The notes beneath the pieces were generated by a model that saw only the letters and a list, made by a program, of their open reading frames with translations, was not told the DNA's origin and searched no databases. 64,000 bases of DNA from a virus. The position numbers were made by a program, and so were the translations under genes. The stretch lies in IMG/VR virus record IMGVR_UViG_3300008050_007409. One strand, 5' to 3'. This document shows, piece by piece, positions 8,070 to 17,618 of the stretch. Every line of letters begins with the position of its first letter. Positions within the stretch are counted from its first letter, which is position 1.

Positions 8070-9412
8070 CCGGACACCAGCAGCAGCGGCTGGACACCAT
8101 CATCGCCGCGGGCAACGCCGGCGAGAAGGTCCTGTCCCTCGCCGGACCTGCAGGTACAGGCAAGACCACCGTGGTCTCCAAGCTGGGCATCGAGGCCGTG
8201 CGGCACGGGCCCTGGAACGACGTGATCTACTGGACCTCGACAGGTCGGGCGATGGTGGTCTTGACCTCCAAGCTCATGGCCGAGGTCAAGACCTTCCACT
8301 CCGGGCTCTACGGCCGTGGCATGGAGGAGAAGATCCCCCTCGAGGTCAACGGGAAGATCCGCTACGGCGGCGACGGCCTGCCTGTGATGGTCCGGACGGG
8401 ACGACTGTTCTTCGGATCTCCTCGGGAGAACTTCTGCGACCCCTTCACCCTCATCGTGGTCGACGAAGCCAGCATGATCACCATGCGGATGCACGAGGAC
8501 TTGATGTCCGTGCTGCCCTTCGGGTGTGCCGTGCTCTACGTCGGGGACAAGGAGCAGCTCCCGCCCGTCGTCGGAGACCCTGTGCCTGGGTTCCAAGAGG
8601 ACGACGAGCCTACGGCTGAGCTGGTGGAGATCCACCGCCAGGCATGGGACAACCCCGTGATTCGCCTCGCCACCGCCATCCGCAACGGCGAGGAGTACGA
8701 GGTCGACAAGGACGACGACCGCATCCTGGACCTGCGCTACGACGAGGAGGACGCTGCAGCCTGGAGGGCCGAGGCCTTCTACTCGGGCCGCGACGTCACT
8801 CTGATCACTGGCACCAACGCCGTCCGACAGCGGGTCAACCGCCGGGTGAGGGAGATGCTGGAGATCGAGGATGTCCTTGAGGTCGGGGAGCTCCTCTGCT
8901 GCTTCCGCAACGACCACCAGCGCGGCATCATGAACGGGGAGACCTTCACGGCCTCCAAGGTCGTCGAGTTCAAGGTCGACGGCTTCGGCTGGCTCATGAT
9001 CATCACCCGTGAGGGTGACCCCCGCCCCATCCTGATCCAGCAGGGGACCATCGGGATGAAGAGCAAGGGCTGGTCGAACTTCCGAGACGGCCTCGCAGAC
9101 ACCTTCGTTCACAGCGACCAAGTCGGGGTGAAGGTGATGACGACGATCAGAGAGCACCTGATCGAAGAGGGATGGCCCGACACGGCCGTCCACGTCCCAG
9201 TGCTCACGCCATCGCAGTCGAACGACTGGATGCGCAAGGCGTTCCTGCACGTCGACTACGGCTACTGCCTCACGATCCACAAGGCCCAGGGGTCGGAGTG
9301 GAACGAGGTAGGCGCCATCCTGGACAACTGGACGCTGAGCGTCCTGGGGGCCAAGGGAGAGTACACGGCAGTGACGAGAACGCGTGACAGACTCATCAGG
9401 TGGTCGGTCTGA
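8057..9412 (+). CDS. Dda/RecD2-like SF1B DNA helicase
   Basis: GPAGTGKTT, VDEASM, VGDKEQLPPV, HRQ, TIHKAQGSEW, YTAVTR. Confidence 0.92.
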   Translation: MVTLTGHQQQRLDTIIAAGNAGEKVLSLAGPAGTGKTTVVSKLGIEAVRHGPWNDVIYWTSTGRAMVVLTSKLMAEVKTFHSGLYGRGMEEKIPLEVNGKIRYGGDGLPVMVRTGRLFFGSPRENFCDPFTLIVVDEASMITMRMHEDLMSVLPFGCAVLYVGDKEQLPPVVGDPVPGFQEDDEPTAELVEIHRQAWDNPVIRLATAIRNGEEYEVDKDDDRILDLRYDEEDAAAWRAEAFYSGRDVTLITGTNAVRQRVNRRVREMLEIEDVLEVGELLCCFRNDHQRGIMNGETFTASKVVEFKVDGFGWLMIITREGDPRPILIQQGTIGMKSKGWSNFRDGLADTFVHSDQVGVKVMTTIREHLIEEGWPDTAVHVPVLTPSQSNDWMRKAFLHVDYGYCLTIHKAQGSEWNEVGAILDNWTLSVLGAKGEYTAVTRTRDRLIRWSV

Positions 9413-9422
9413 TCCGCAGGGG

Positions 9423-9451
9423 TTGACATCCCCGATCGGCAACCATAGTGT
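9423..9451 (+). promoter_or_regulatory. sigma70-type promoter
   Basis: TTGACA-N17-TAGTGT in the intergenic region. Confidence 0.55.
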
Positions 9452-9512
9452 GGATCACCATCCTGATCTCCATCCCGCCATGGGGGAGATCACTGAACCG
9501 GAGGAAGAGGAC

Positions 9513-9971
9513 ATGGCAAGCAAGCTCGACGCGTTCAAGGCTGAGATCCTGGACGGCAGTAAGAAGGACAAGGACATCGCCCGCGAGGCCGGCGTCACCA
9601 TGGGCGCCGTGCGCGCCTACCGCAACCGCCACAAGGGCAAGGCCACGAGCTCGACCAACGCGTCGAAGGCCTCCAAGCCCAAGGTCGCCACGAAGCCCAA
9701 GGTCGCCACGAAGCCCAAGGCCGCTCCGAAGGCCAAGCGCCCGAAGATCGTGCTGCCCGAGGGCGTGGACAAGCAGTGCCCCAAGTGCGGCTGCCAGGCC
9801 TCCGGAGACGAGGAGGTCCAGACGATGTTCGGCTTCCGGAACGTCTCCGCGGGCAAGGACGGCGGGAAGAAGAAGATCCCGCAGAGCCAGTGCCGGACCT
9901 GCCGCAAGGCGTCCGTCGCCGCGTCCAAGGCCAAGAAGGACGCGGCCGCCAAGCAGGCCGCGGCGAAGTAG
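9513..9971 (+). CDS. basic DNA-binding protein (HTH + KPKVAT repeats + zinc finger)
   Basis: DKDIAREAGVTMGAVRAYR HTH; Lys/Ala repeats; CPKCG...CRTC. Confidence 0.75.
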   Translation: MASKLDAFKAEILDGSKKDKDIAREAGVTMGAVRAYRNRHKGKATSSTNASKASKPKVATKPKVATKPKAAPKAKRPKIVLPEGVDKQCPKCGCQASGDEEVQTMFGFRNVSAGKDGGKKKIPQSQCRTCRKASVAASKAKKDAAAKQAAAK

Positions 9972-9981
9972 CGGGAGGTCT

Positions 9982-10596
9982 GTGTCCGGCTACGTCCGTG
10001 AGTCCTTGCGGCTTGCGATCTACCGCCGGGACAACTTCCGCTGCCTCTACTGCGGCTTCCAGGCTGACCTGCTCAAGGTCGAACGTCACGGAGCCCACCC
10101 CGACCTCGAGCTCGACCATGTCGTGCCTCGTCGTTGGGGTGGGGACTCCACGCCCTGGAACCTGGTGACATGCTGTCTCCCGTGCAACGACCGGAAGTAC
10201 AAGCGAGATCTGGACGACTTCATCCAGCGCAACGGCCTGGACTCGAAGGCGATCCATCGACGCCTCTACCTGGCTCGGCGTCGACGACTCAAGAGGGGGA
10301 GGAAGAAGGCCCGCGAGCTGATGAAGCTCCTTGCGTTCGTGGAGGACGCCCGGTGCCCCTGGTGCCCGAAGACCTGCGACCACTGCCTCACCTCCTACGC
10401 CAAGGTGATGCTGCTCAAAGGAGCGAGCGATGCCGACGCTGAAGGCGGAGATCCTACCGGGGCAGAAGGACTTCTGGGACAGGAAGAAGGAGGAGATCAA
10501 ACGTCAGCAGCGGTTGGCGGGGAAGGAGGGTCGAGTCACGAACGACACGATGCTACAGGGTCTCATCGACATGTGGATGAAGATGGAGCAACGTGA
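9982..10596 (+). CDS. HNH endonuclease
   Basis: RDNFRCLYCG...LDHVVP..GG....NLVTCC..CN. Confidence 0.85.
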   Translation: MSGYVRESLRLAIYRRDNFRCLYCGFQADLLKVERHGAHPDLELDHVVPRRWGGDSTPWNLVTCCLPCNDRKYKRDLDDFIQRNGLDSKAIHRRLYLARRRRLKRGRKKARELMKLLAFVEDARCPWCPKTCDHCLTSYAKVMLLKGASDADAEGGDPTGAEGLLGQEEGGDQTSAAVGGEGGSSHERHDATGSHRHVDEDGAT

Positions 10597-10615
10597 GCAG
10601 AAGGACGGTGCCTGA
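10430..10615 (+). CDS. small putative ribbon-helix-helix-like protein
   Basis: AAGGAG RBS; TGATG coupling to the next gene. Confidence 0.55.
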   Translation: MPTLKAEILPGQKDFWDRKKEEIKRQQRLAGKEGRVTNDTMLQGLIDMWMKMEQREQKDGA

Positions 10616-11265
10616 TGTCCGACTTCCAGATCTCAGACCTGATCGCCATGCCCATGGAGCCGGCCATCCGGATTCGCGTGGGCCCGACAGAGGTCGTCCA
10701 GGTCAGCCAGAGTGCCTGGGAGCTCAAGAAGGACGACTTCCTCGAGTGGGCCCTCGCCTTGCCTCGGATCGACCAGGGCATCGGCTACCGGCTCCTGAAG
10801 CCCTACACCGGCAACAACGGGATGCTGGCGAAGCTGGCGGTCGCCCTCGGGGACTTCGCCAAGATCTGGCGCATGTACCCCTCACCGGACCAGCCAGCTC
10901 TCTGGGGTCGGACCCACCCGGCCATCATGCAGCTCCGGAAGACGGATCAGCGCCGCAGAGTCCCCAAGCCCTCAGCGGGGGACCTGGACCCGGCCAAGAC
11001 CTGCACGTGCTGCCTTCGCGGCATGGGCGCCGCCGACAGCCAGGTCCACGACCTGGTCGAAAGCGATGACACGGAGGGCCTGTGCCTGGAGTGTGATCTG
11101 GTCTGTGGCCCCAGGGCCTCGGACTGCCAGCTCAGCGCCTCCAAGGAGAAGCGAGCTCAGGCCTACAAGCCCCCGGAGACCCTGCAGGACGAGGACGACC
11201 TGGACAACGTGGTCAGCATCGACGGTACCGAGTTCGAGCGGTACGCCAAGATGTTCGAGGACTGA
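10615..11265 (+). CDS. hypothetical protein with Cys motifs
   Basis: Clean ORF, typical codon usage. Confidence 0.75.
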   Translation: MSDFQISDLIAMPMEPAIRIRVGPTEVVQVSQSAWELKKDDFLEWALALPRIDQGIGYRLLKPYTGNNGMLAKLAVALGDFAKIWRMYPSPDQPALWGRTHPAIMQLRKTDQRRRVPKPSAGDLDPAKTCTCCLRGMGAADSQVHDLVESDDTEGLCLECDLVCGPRASDCQLSASKEKRAQAYKPPETLQDEDDLDNVVSIDGTEFERYAKMFED

Positions 11266-11291
11266 AACCGAGCGCGATCTCCGGTATAAGC
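11262..11291 (+). promoter_or_regulatory. repeated promoter motif variant CTGAAA-N17-TATAAGC
   Basis: Similarity to copies at 274, 900 and 30952. Confidence 0.55.
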
Positions 11292-11295
11292 CTTT

Positions 11296-11460
11296 GAGCC
11301 CAGGGACTCGCCTCCTGCCTCTGCCTGGCGGTGCCTCCCCCCCACCCCAGTGCTGTTGGGGCTGGGTGGGAGGCGTTCCCTGTGCTCACCCTCCTGGGTC
11401 CTCCAGCCCGGCCCGCACATCATGTTGGTGTGCGGTGTCCGGGCCCCAGACCCAGGGTCT
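11296..11460 (+). ncRNA. putative structured small RNA
   Basis: Intergenic, has its own promoter motif and downstream TCGCCCGTAGA; two multi-stem domains (GAGC.CAGGGA/TCCCTG.GCTC; CCTGGGTC/GACCCAGG enclosing CCGCACATC/GGTGTGCGG). Confidence 0.55.
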
Positions 11461-11474
11461 TCTTCGCCCGTAGA

Positions 11475-12227
11475 TCAGGCGGCGGAGCCGATGACGGTGC
11501 CACCCACGATCGCGGCGATGTCGCTGCTGTCCGCGATGATCTCGACGGCGTCGACCTTGACGGGCTCGATGCGCTCGTAGACCAGGCTGCAGTTCTCCGC
11601 GAGGATGGTGCCGCCGGCGTCGGTCTGGAAGTTGTGGTTCTGCACCATGCAGTACTCGACGTAGAAGGCGCCGTAGGTGTGGTTGTTGCTGTCGCGCAGG
11701 ATCACCAGGATGCCGATCGGCTGGTCGAACACGTCGCTGGCGAGGTTGATCCAGAAGTTCTCGTAGCCCGGAGGCACCTCGAACTGGGCCGCCTTCAGGT
11801 CGCCGCCGGGGCCGTCGAAGTTGAGCTTGGCCTGGGCGTCGTTCGTGAACAGCTGCTGGAACAGGTCGGCGCTGCCGTTCTTCGTCTTGCCCTTGGCGTA
11901 GGCGTAGAGCACGCGCAACAGGCTGGGCCCGTGGTACATGATCCGACCCAGGGCCATCTGCCCGGCCGTCCGACCCCGGATGAAGTAGCTCCGCTGCGAG
12001 CCGATCTCCCACACGCGCATGATCTGGGAGCTCTGCCCCAGGCCGACGCTCTGCAGGATGCCCACCGGGTAGGCGATGCCGTCCAGGTCGCTGCCCGAGC
12101 TGTAGAGGGCGTCGAGGCGAGGCGGACCGGCGGCGATCAGCGTGAACGCAGCGTTCAGGAAGCGCCCCTCGAGGAGACCGCTCTGGACGTTGCGGTTGAA
12201 GAAGTCCCAGTTGGCGAGGGTGGCCAT
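11475..12227 (-). CDS. tail tube protein
   Basis: PVGILQSVGLGQ...RVWEIGS...YFIRG and C-terminal ENCSLVYERI pattern; downstream of the sheath gene. Confidence 0.75.
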   Translation of the reverse strand: MATLANWDFFNRNVQSGLLEGRFLNAAFTLIAAGPPRLDALYSSGSDLDGIAYPVGILQSVGLGQSSQIMRVWEIGSQRSYFIRGRTAGQMALGRIMYHGPSLLRVLYAYAKGKTKNGSADLFQQLFTNDAQAKLNFDGPGGDLKAAQFEVPPGYENFWINLASDVFDQPIGILVILRDSNNHTYGAFYVEYCMVQNHNFQTDAGGTILAENCSLVYERIEPVKVDAVEIIADSSDIAAIVGGTVIGSAA

Positions 12228-12258
12228 GATGATCTCCGTGAAGCGAAGGGTAGCACGC

Positions 12259-13332
12259 TCAGCGTGCGATAGAAGTAGCCGACTTACCGCCGGGTTGCTT
12301 GATCTTGGGCTCTGCGGGGGACTTCGATCCCTCCGCCTGGGCCATCGGATGTAGGCCCGTGATCTGCTTCGGCTGTGGAACCTGAGGAGCTCCCGCCCCG
12401 GCCTGGGCAGCTCCTGGCTTCTGGACTGCTGCAGCTGCTTGGCCTGCAGCCGGGGCCTGCTGCATCTGCTGCTGCTGTGCCTCGAAGGCCTGTCCTGCAG
12501 CTTGCTCGGCCTCAGCCTGGGCGACGCCCTGCTGGTTGTCTGCCTGCCCCTGCTGGTACGCCTGGGCGTTCTCTGAGGCCTGCATAGCCTCAGGCTCGGT
12601 GAGCCAGCCTGGGTCGTTGCTGTCCGGAGCGAAGGCCCGGAGCTGGGGATCGTAGACGAAGCCAGGAGGCGGGTCCACGATCGGAACTCCGTGGGCAGTA
12701 CGGTCGTCCAGCTTCTCGACGCTGGCTCCGAGGATCTTGGCCACTGGAGATCCCTCAGGACCTTCGACGACCTCAGCCGTCTTGGTCTTCCTCTTCGCCA
12801 GGGCCTTCCTCTTCGCCAGGGCCTTCCGGCCCATGGAGTGTCCGGAGGGGAGGGCTGCCCCTGCACCTCCAGCCAGGAGGAGGAGAGCCGCACGCTGGTT
12901 GGGCCTCGGCATGGGAAGACCCCGCCTCGCAGCCTTCCGGATCCGCACGATGTCCCTGATGGAGACAGCGTTGCTTCCCACCAGAGCACCCATGCCTCCG
13001 GTGTAGAAGGCCTTGTCCTTCTGGGAGCCGGCATCCCAGCTCTCCTTGAAGGTGAGGTTGCTGGGCTTGACTCGCGCCATCTTGACGTTGCCTCGGATGT
13101 CCAAGAGGGACTCCCCCAGACCTCCGTCCGGGTTCTTCTTCGCCGCGGCGTCGAGGTCCTTGCCAAACTGGTTGGCCCCGGCCTTGATCCGCTGCCAGAG
13201 TGAGGTCGGCTTCGGGGTCACCCTACGGGGGGCCTTCACCACTCGCTTCAGGGTCAGCTTGGCGTTGGCGATCTTCTCGAGCTCTGTCCACATGGCCTGA
13301 GCCAGAGCGCGTCCTCGGAGTTCGTCGTTCAT
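12259..13332 (-). CDS. putative virion cargo protein (ELEKIA tag; hydrophobic segments; Gln/Ala-rich tail)
   Basis: AMWTELEKIA near the N-terminus. Confidence 0.65.
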   Translation of the reverse strand: MNDELRGRALAQAMWTELEKIANAKLTLKRVVKAPRRVTPKPTSLWQRIKAGANQFGKDLDAAAKKNPDGGLGESLLDIRGNVKMARVKPSNLTFKESWDAGSQKDKAFYTGGMGALVGSNAVSIRDIVRIRKAARRGLPMPRPNQRAALLLLAGGAGAALPSGHSMGRKALAKRKALAKRKTKTAEVVEGPEGSPVAKILGASVEKLDDRTAHGVPIVDPPPGFVYDPQLRAFAPDSNDPGWLTEPEAMQASENAQAYQQGQADNQQGVAQAEAEQAAGQAFEAQQQQMQQAPAAGQAAAAVQKPGAAQAGAGAPQVPQPKQITGLHPMAQAEGSKSPAEPKIKQPGGKSATSIAR

Positions 13333-14459
13333 CGCTTTCTAATCTCCGACGCCTGACGGCGCTTGTTCCGGATCGCCACCAGCCCGGCGATCGTACCGAG
13401 GCCTGCGGTGAAGGCGATGGAGCCCTTGGCGGCCTTCACCGCCCGTAGGGCGTTCCGCATCCGGACGCCGGTGTTACTGGGGAGCTTGACGTCCCCGTGA
13501 CGCTTCTCGATCTGCTGGATGATCTTGGTGATCGAGTCCTTCCCAGGCACCTGGCTGCTGGGCGTGGACGGGTACTTGAAGGGCTTGAGGTCCAGATGCT
13601 CCTGCCCGATCACATTTCGCTTGACGTGCCTACCAACCTGAGCCTGAGAGCCCTGGATGTTCAGGCCTTCCGTGGAGGACGAGCGCCTCGCCATGCGACG
13701 GACGTTCTCCTCCATCTCCCTCATGGCCGACTGCGCCAGAGCGTCCGGGGAATTCCCCGTAGCCTTGGGGATCCCCAGATGCTGGATCTTGGGGGTCGGG
13801 TTGACCACCTTGCCTCCAGGCTTCAGATGGGCCTCTATGTCTGCTGTCGACATGGCGACGGTCTTCTTGACGAGCTTCTGGTTCCTCTTGTGCAGGAACT
13901 CCTGCACGTCCTGCTGGCTCAAGATCACCCGGCCGTCTGAGTCGAGGTGGACCTTCCCCAGCATCTCGTGGACGGAGCCCTTCATCGAGGCAGGCATCGT
14001 CCAGCGAGGTCCGGTGGCCGGATCCCGGTACTGGGCGCGGACACCCTTCAGGAGCTCGTCGGGACCGCCGTGACGCAGGGCCTCGGGGGTCGAGTAGTAG
14101 TGCCGTGCCGTCTGCTCTGCGGTCTGGCGGATCTTCTTGGCGTCCTGCCCCTTCATCAGGTCCGGGTTCGCCTTGAGCGCCTTCTCCAGTGCGTTGGACA
14201 GGTACTCCCGACGCACGCCGGCCTCCATCGCCCGCTGGTCCGACGCCGCGGGGACCGCGTACATCAGAGTGGGGGCGACGGAGCCCAGGGTCAGTCCACT
14301 GATCCCGGCCTTGAGGTAGGCTCCCTTCCTCTCGGCATCCTTCAGATCCTCGCGCTGTGAGCGGAGGTTGTCTCGATGGATGCCAGAGAGGTCCAGTTCA
14401 CCGGGCCTCTTGGACCGGGCGATCTTGCAGAGCTCCTCCTGGAAGGACGCAACGACCAT
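13329..14459 (-). CDS. putative virion cargo protein (ELxKIA tag)
   Basis: SFQEELCKIA at the N-terminus; basic protein with hydrophobic segments. Confidence 0.65.
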   Translation of the reverse strand: MVVASFQEELCKIARSKRPGELDLSGIHRDNLRSQREDLKDAERKGAYLKAGISGLTLGSVAPTLMYAVPAASDQRAMEAGVRREYLSNALEKALKANPDLMKGQDAKKIRQTAEQTARHYYSTPEALRHGGPDELLKGVRAQYRDPATGPRWTMPASMKGSVHEMLGKVHLDSDGRVILSQQDVQEFLHKRNQKLVKKTVAMSTADIEAHLKPGGKVVNPTPKIQHLGIPKATGNSPDALAQSAMREMEENVRRMARRSSSTEGLNIQGSQAQVGRHVKRNVIGQEHLDLKPFKYPSTPSSQVPGKDSITKIIQQIEKRHGDVKLPSNTGVRMRNALRAVKAAKGSIAFTAGLGTIAGLVAIRNKRRQASEIRKR

Positions 14460-14462
14460 CCA

Positions 14463-17400
14463 TCAGACCTGCAGGGTCATGTAGATCGTGTTGCACGGGT
14501 ACAGCACGTCGAGGAGGCAGACGATGTCCACCTGGCTCGGGTCGTCGGCGTTCACCTTGATGCTGACGACGTCGAAGTCGTTGAGCACCTTGGTGGCCAC
14601 CAGGTAGCGGCCGAGGCCCTGGATCTGGACCGAGAGGGCGTCCATGAAGGACTGGGTGATGTTGAACTTGCCGATCTGGCTGGACAGGGCGTCCCGGAAG
14701 AACTTGGCCACGTAGTCGATGGCCTTGGTGATCGACAGCTCCCGGTACTGGACCGTGCTGGTGTCCGTGGAGAGCTGGTGACGGCACTTCAGCGCCGCGT
14801 TCTGGCTCTCCTGGATGAAGATCATCTGACCGCCGCCGGCGATGCGGTCGAGCTGCGAGGCGCTGAAGTAGCTGTTGCTGTACTTCAGGCCGGTGAAGCC
14901 GGAGACCGTGCTGTTGGTCATTCCCTGGCTCGGGTTCTTCTCCCCGATCCAACCCGCGACAGCGCAGGCCAGGTAGAAGCCCTCGAGCACGGAGCTGGAG
15001 CCGTCCACGTCGGCCACGACCTTGGAGGGCCAGATGTGGAAGCAGCGGCGATCCTCGAAGCCCTCGCCGATCTCGGCCACGGCGTCCCGCTGGTCGCTCT
15101 TGGCGCTGATCGCCGAGCCAGCCCGGTAGACCGTCCAGGTCACGTCGACCAGGTCATCCCAGTCGTCGGTGTCCCAGGAGAAGTCCTGCCCGTCGTCTTC
15201 CTCGGTGCGGTCGGTGAAGTCGATCTCCAGGGCGAAGTCGTCGCCGGAGTCCACACCCACGATCTCCACGCCGTAGAGGGCCTGGGTGCCGTTGACGGCG
15301 TCGGGGGACTCATCGCTGGTGGCCAGGGCGCTGACGACCAGGTAGTCGCCGGCCTCGACCTCGGCGTCGGTCAGGTTCACGCTGGTGGTGAAGGAGCCTT
15401 CCTCCTCGCCCACGACCTCCTCGGTGTTGCCCGAGGTGCCGCTGGCCACGGTGGTCGCCGTGGCGTAGGCCGGGAAGGCCTGGTTGAACAGCAGGATCCG
15501 CTCGGCCTTGTTGTCGGACTCGCTCATGGAGTCCACGTGGGTCTGGAAGATCTGGTGCACCGACGGGTCCTGCGTCAGCGGGACCATCACGTAGACCTCC
15601 TGGCCCTCGAGGAACTCCAGGGCCTCCTGGTAGCCGTCGAGGGTGCCATCGGGCTTGGTGGCGCTGATCTCGCCCACGCCGATGCCGCTGACGGCCTGGC
15701 TGGGGGCGTTGAGCAGGGCGAAGTACATGCCCAGGGACAGGGGGTTGTCCGTGGTCGAGTCGCCCAGGGCGTCCTGCATGTCCGAGGTGGACTCGTACTC
15801 GAGCAGGGTGGGCTCCTCGGCCCCAGCCGACACGTCCAGGCGCAGGGCCCGGTAGCTGACGTAGATCTTGCCCACGGGAGTCGAGGAGCCGATGAGGTCG
15901 GCATCCAGGATCAGCTGGTCGTCGTCGGCGCCGCCGTCGAGGGCGTAGCTGTCCACGTCGTCGTCGGTGAAGGTGGTGGAGCCGTCGCCGGTCACACCGC
16001 CCAGACTGGCCGTCAGGAAGGCCGAGACCGTGCTGTTGTAGGCGTCGTCCTCGTCGTCGGTGATGGCGTCGTAGATCGCCTCGTAGGACACCGTGCTCAC
16101 GCCGGTGGTACGCGGGAGGGTGATGGTCACCTCCTCGTCGTCCTCGTCCCAGGTGATCGCCAGCGCAGAGGTCGTGGCCACGACCTCGTAGGAGAGCGCC
16201 GCGGCACCGGTCATCGAGTCGGTCAGGGCGAGCTCGGTCTCGCTGGTGACCACGTCGACCAGGTTGTAGTCGTCACCGTCGCCGATGTCCATGATGTGGG
16301 TTGAGGCGGTCACGCCGTCGGTGCTGAAGGTCGCCGTGGGATCCACGAAGACCGTGTTCGCGGCCGTCCCACCATCGCCGGAGCCGGTCTCCACCTCGGT
16401 GATCGCAGTCCAGCTGCCCGAAGCCACGTCGCCGCCGGGGTTGGTGGCGGCGTCCAGGGTGACCTCGGTCGCCGACTCGACCGTGGCGACCGCGTAGACG
16501 CCGTTGCCCTCGATCTCGATCCAGGTGTTGGTGTCGGGGGCGCTGCCGTAGCCTGCTCCCGGAGCCGCCCAGGTCGCCGCCGCGTCGGTGAAGACCTTCT
16601 CGTGGGAGCCGCCGGTGTGATCGTAGGCTCCAGCCGAGCCGGTCTCGACCTCGACCCCGTAGACCCAGTCCTTGGACGCCACGGTGCCTTCACCCGTCTC
16701 GATCAGGGCGCGGGTCTCGCTGACCACGTAGAGGATCTGGCGGTAGGCCGAGCCGAGGCCCTCACCGTCGATGAAGATGAAGTGGTCGGTGCTGGGGGCT
16801 CCGGTCGCACCCACTCCGGTCTCGAAGGTCGCGGAGGCGGCGTCGAAGATGGTGTCGCCGACGTAGCCAGTGGAGGTCCCGCTGGAGATCTCCTCGGTCT
16901 CGGCGATCACGATGGTCAGGTCGTCGCCAGCGGAGCCTGCGTAGTCGGCCGCGTCGTTGTCGTCGTCCGTCGCCCGGGCGCTGACGACCAGGTAGTCGTC
17001 GAGGTCGCCGAAGCGGTAGTCGGCCTGGGCCTCGGCATCGAAGACGAACTGCGCCGGGTTGCGGACCACCTCGTAGTCCACGCCGGTGAGGTCCTCGTCG
17101 ATGTCGCCGGCGGTCAGCGTGAGCTCCGTGTCGCTCGCCGCGTCGGTGGCCACCACCAGGTCGATCTCGTCGCCCTTCCAGGTGACGCGCACCACGTCGC
17201 CAGCCTCGACACCGAGCTGCAGGAAGGTCCCGGCGCTGTCGGTGAAGGTGCCAGCGGACACGTCGTAGGTGCCGCTGTCTTCTCCGGAGGCGAGGACTTC
17301 CTCGTCGTCGTCGGAGTTGAGCTCGGTGGAGTCGCTGCCCAGGAGCAGGAAGACGCGGATCTCGTCGGTCAGACCGGAGAGGCTGTCCTCGTCATCCAGG

Positions 17401-17612
17401 GAGGGGAGGTCGTAGGCCACGGTGCCGTAGCCGTCCTGGTACGTCCCCGCGTAGGCCTCGGACTCGGGCTCGCCGTCGTCATCGAAGGCGCTGATCACGC
17501 GGAAGCAGGGCCCCACGATGAGGGGGACCAGGGTGGGGGAGGAGATCGTCGGGGAGCTGGTGACGAACTCCTGGGCGATCTCGACGCCGGGACGGCGGAT
17601 GGAGGTGCTCAT
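14463..17612 (-). CDS. contractile tail sheath protein with large inserted repeat domains
   Basis: N-terminal RPGVEI..E; C-terminal RHQLST...RELSITKAIDYVAK...DPSQVDI...YPCN.I. Confidence 0.88.
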   Translation of the reverse strand: MSTSIRRPGVEIAQEFVTSSPTISSPTLVPLIVGPCFRVISAFDDDGEPESEAYAGTYQDGYGTVAYDLPSLDDEDSLSGLTDEIRVFLLLGSDSTELNSDDDEEVLASGEDSGTYDVSAGTFTDSAGTFLQLGVEAGDVVRVTWKGDEIDLVVATDAASDTELTLTAGDIDEDLTGVDYEVVRNPAQFVFDAEAQADYRFGDLDDYLVVSARATDDDNDAADYAGSAGDDLTIVIAETEEISSGTSTGYVGDTIFDAASATFETGVGATGAPSTDHFIFIDGEGLGSAYRQILYVVSETRALIETGEGTVASKDWVYGVEVETGSAGAYDHTGGSHEKVFTDAAATWAAPGAGYGSAPDTNTWIEIEGNGVYAVATVESATEVTLDAATNPGGDVASGSWTAITEVETGSGDGGTAANTVFVDPTATFSTDGVTASTHIMDIGDGDDYNLVDVVTSETELALTDSMTGAAALSYEVVATTSALAITWDEDDEEVTITLPRTTGVSTVSYEAIYDAITDDEDDAYNSTVSAFLTASLGGVTGDGSTTFTDDDVDSYALDGGADDDQLILDADLIGSSTPVGKIYVSYRALRLDVSAGAEEPTLLEYESTSDMQDALGDSTTDNPLSLGMYFALLNAPSQAVSGIGVGEISATKPDGTLDGYQEALEFLEGQEVYVMVPLTQDPSVHQIFQTHVDSMSESDNKAERILLFNQAFPAYATATTVASGTSGNTEEVVGEEEGSFTTSVNLTDAEVEAGDYLVVSALATSDESPDAVNGTQALYGVEIVGVDSGDDFALEIDFTDRTEEDDGQDFSWDTDDWDDLVDVTWTVYRAGSAISAKSDQRDAVAEIGEGFEDRRCFHIWPSKVVADVDGSSSVLEGFYLACAVAGWIGEKNPSQGMTNSTVSGFTGLKYSNSYFSASQLDRIAGGGQMIFIQESQNAALKCRHQLSTDTSTVQYRELSITKAIDYVAKFFRDALSSQIGKFNITQSFMDALSVQIQGLGRYLVATKVLNDFDVVSIKVNADDPSQVDIVCLLDVLYPCNTIYMTLQV

Positions 17613-17618
17613 GTGGGA

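Noticed and set aside
12788-12826. Short in-frame tandem repeats (RKALAK x2; also IEEE x2 near 2730)
   Set aside because: Simple slippage duplications within coding regions, with no sign of a system.
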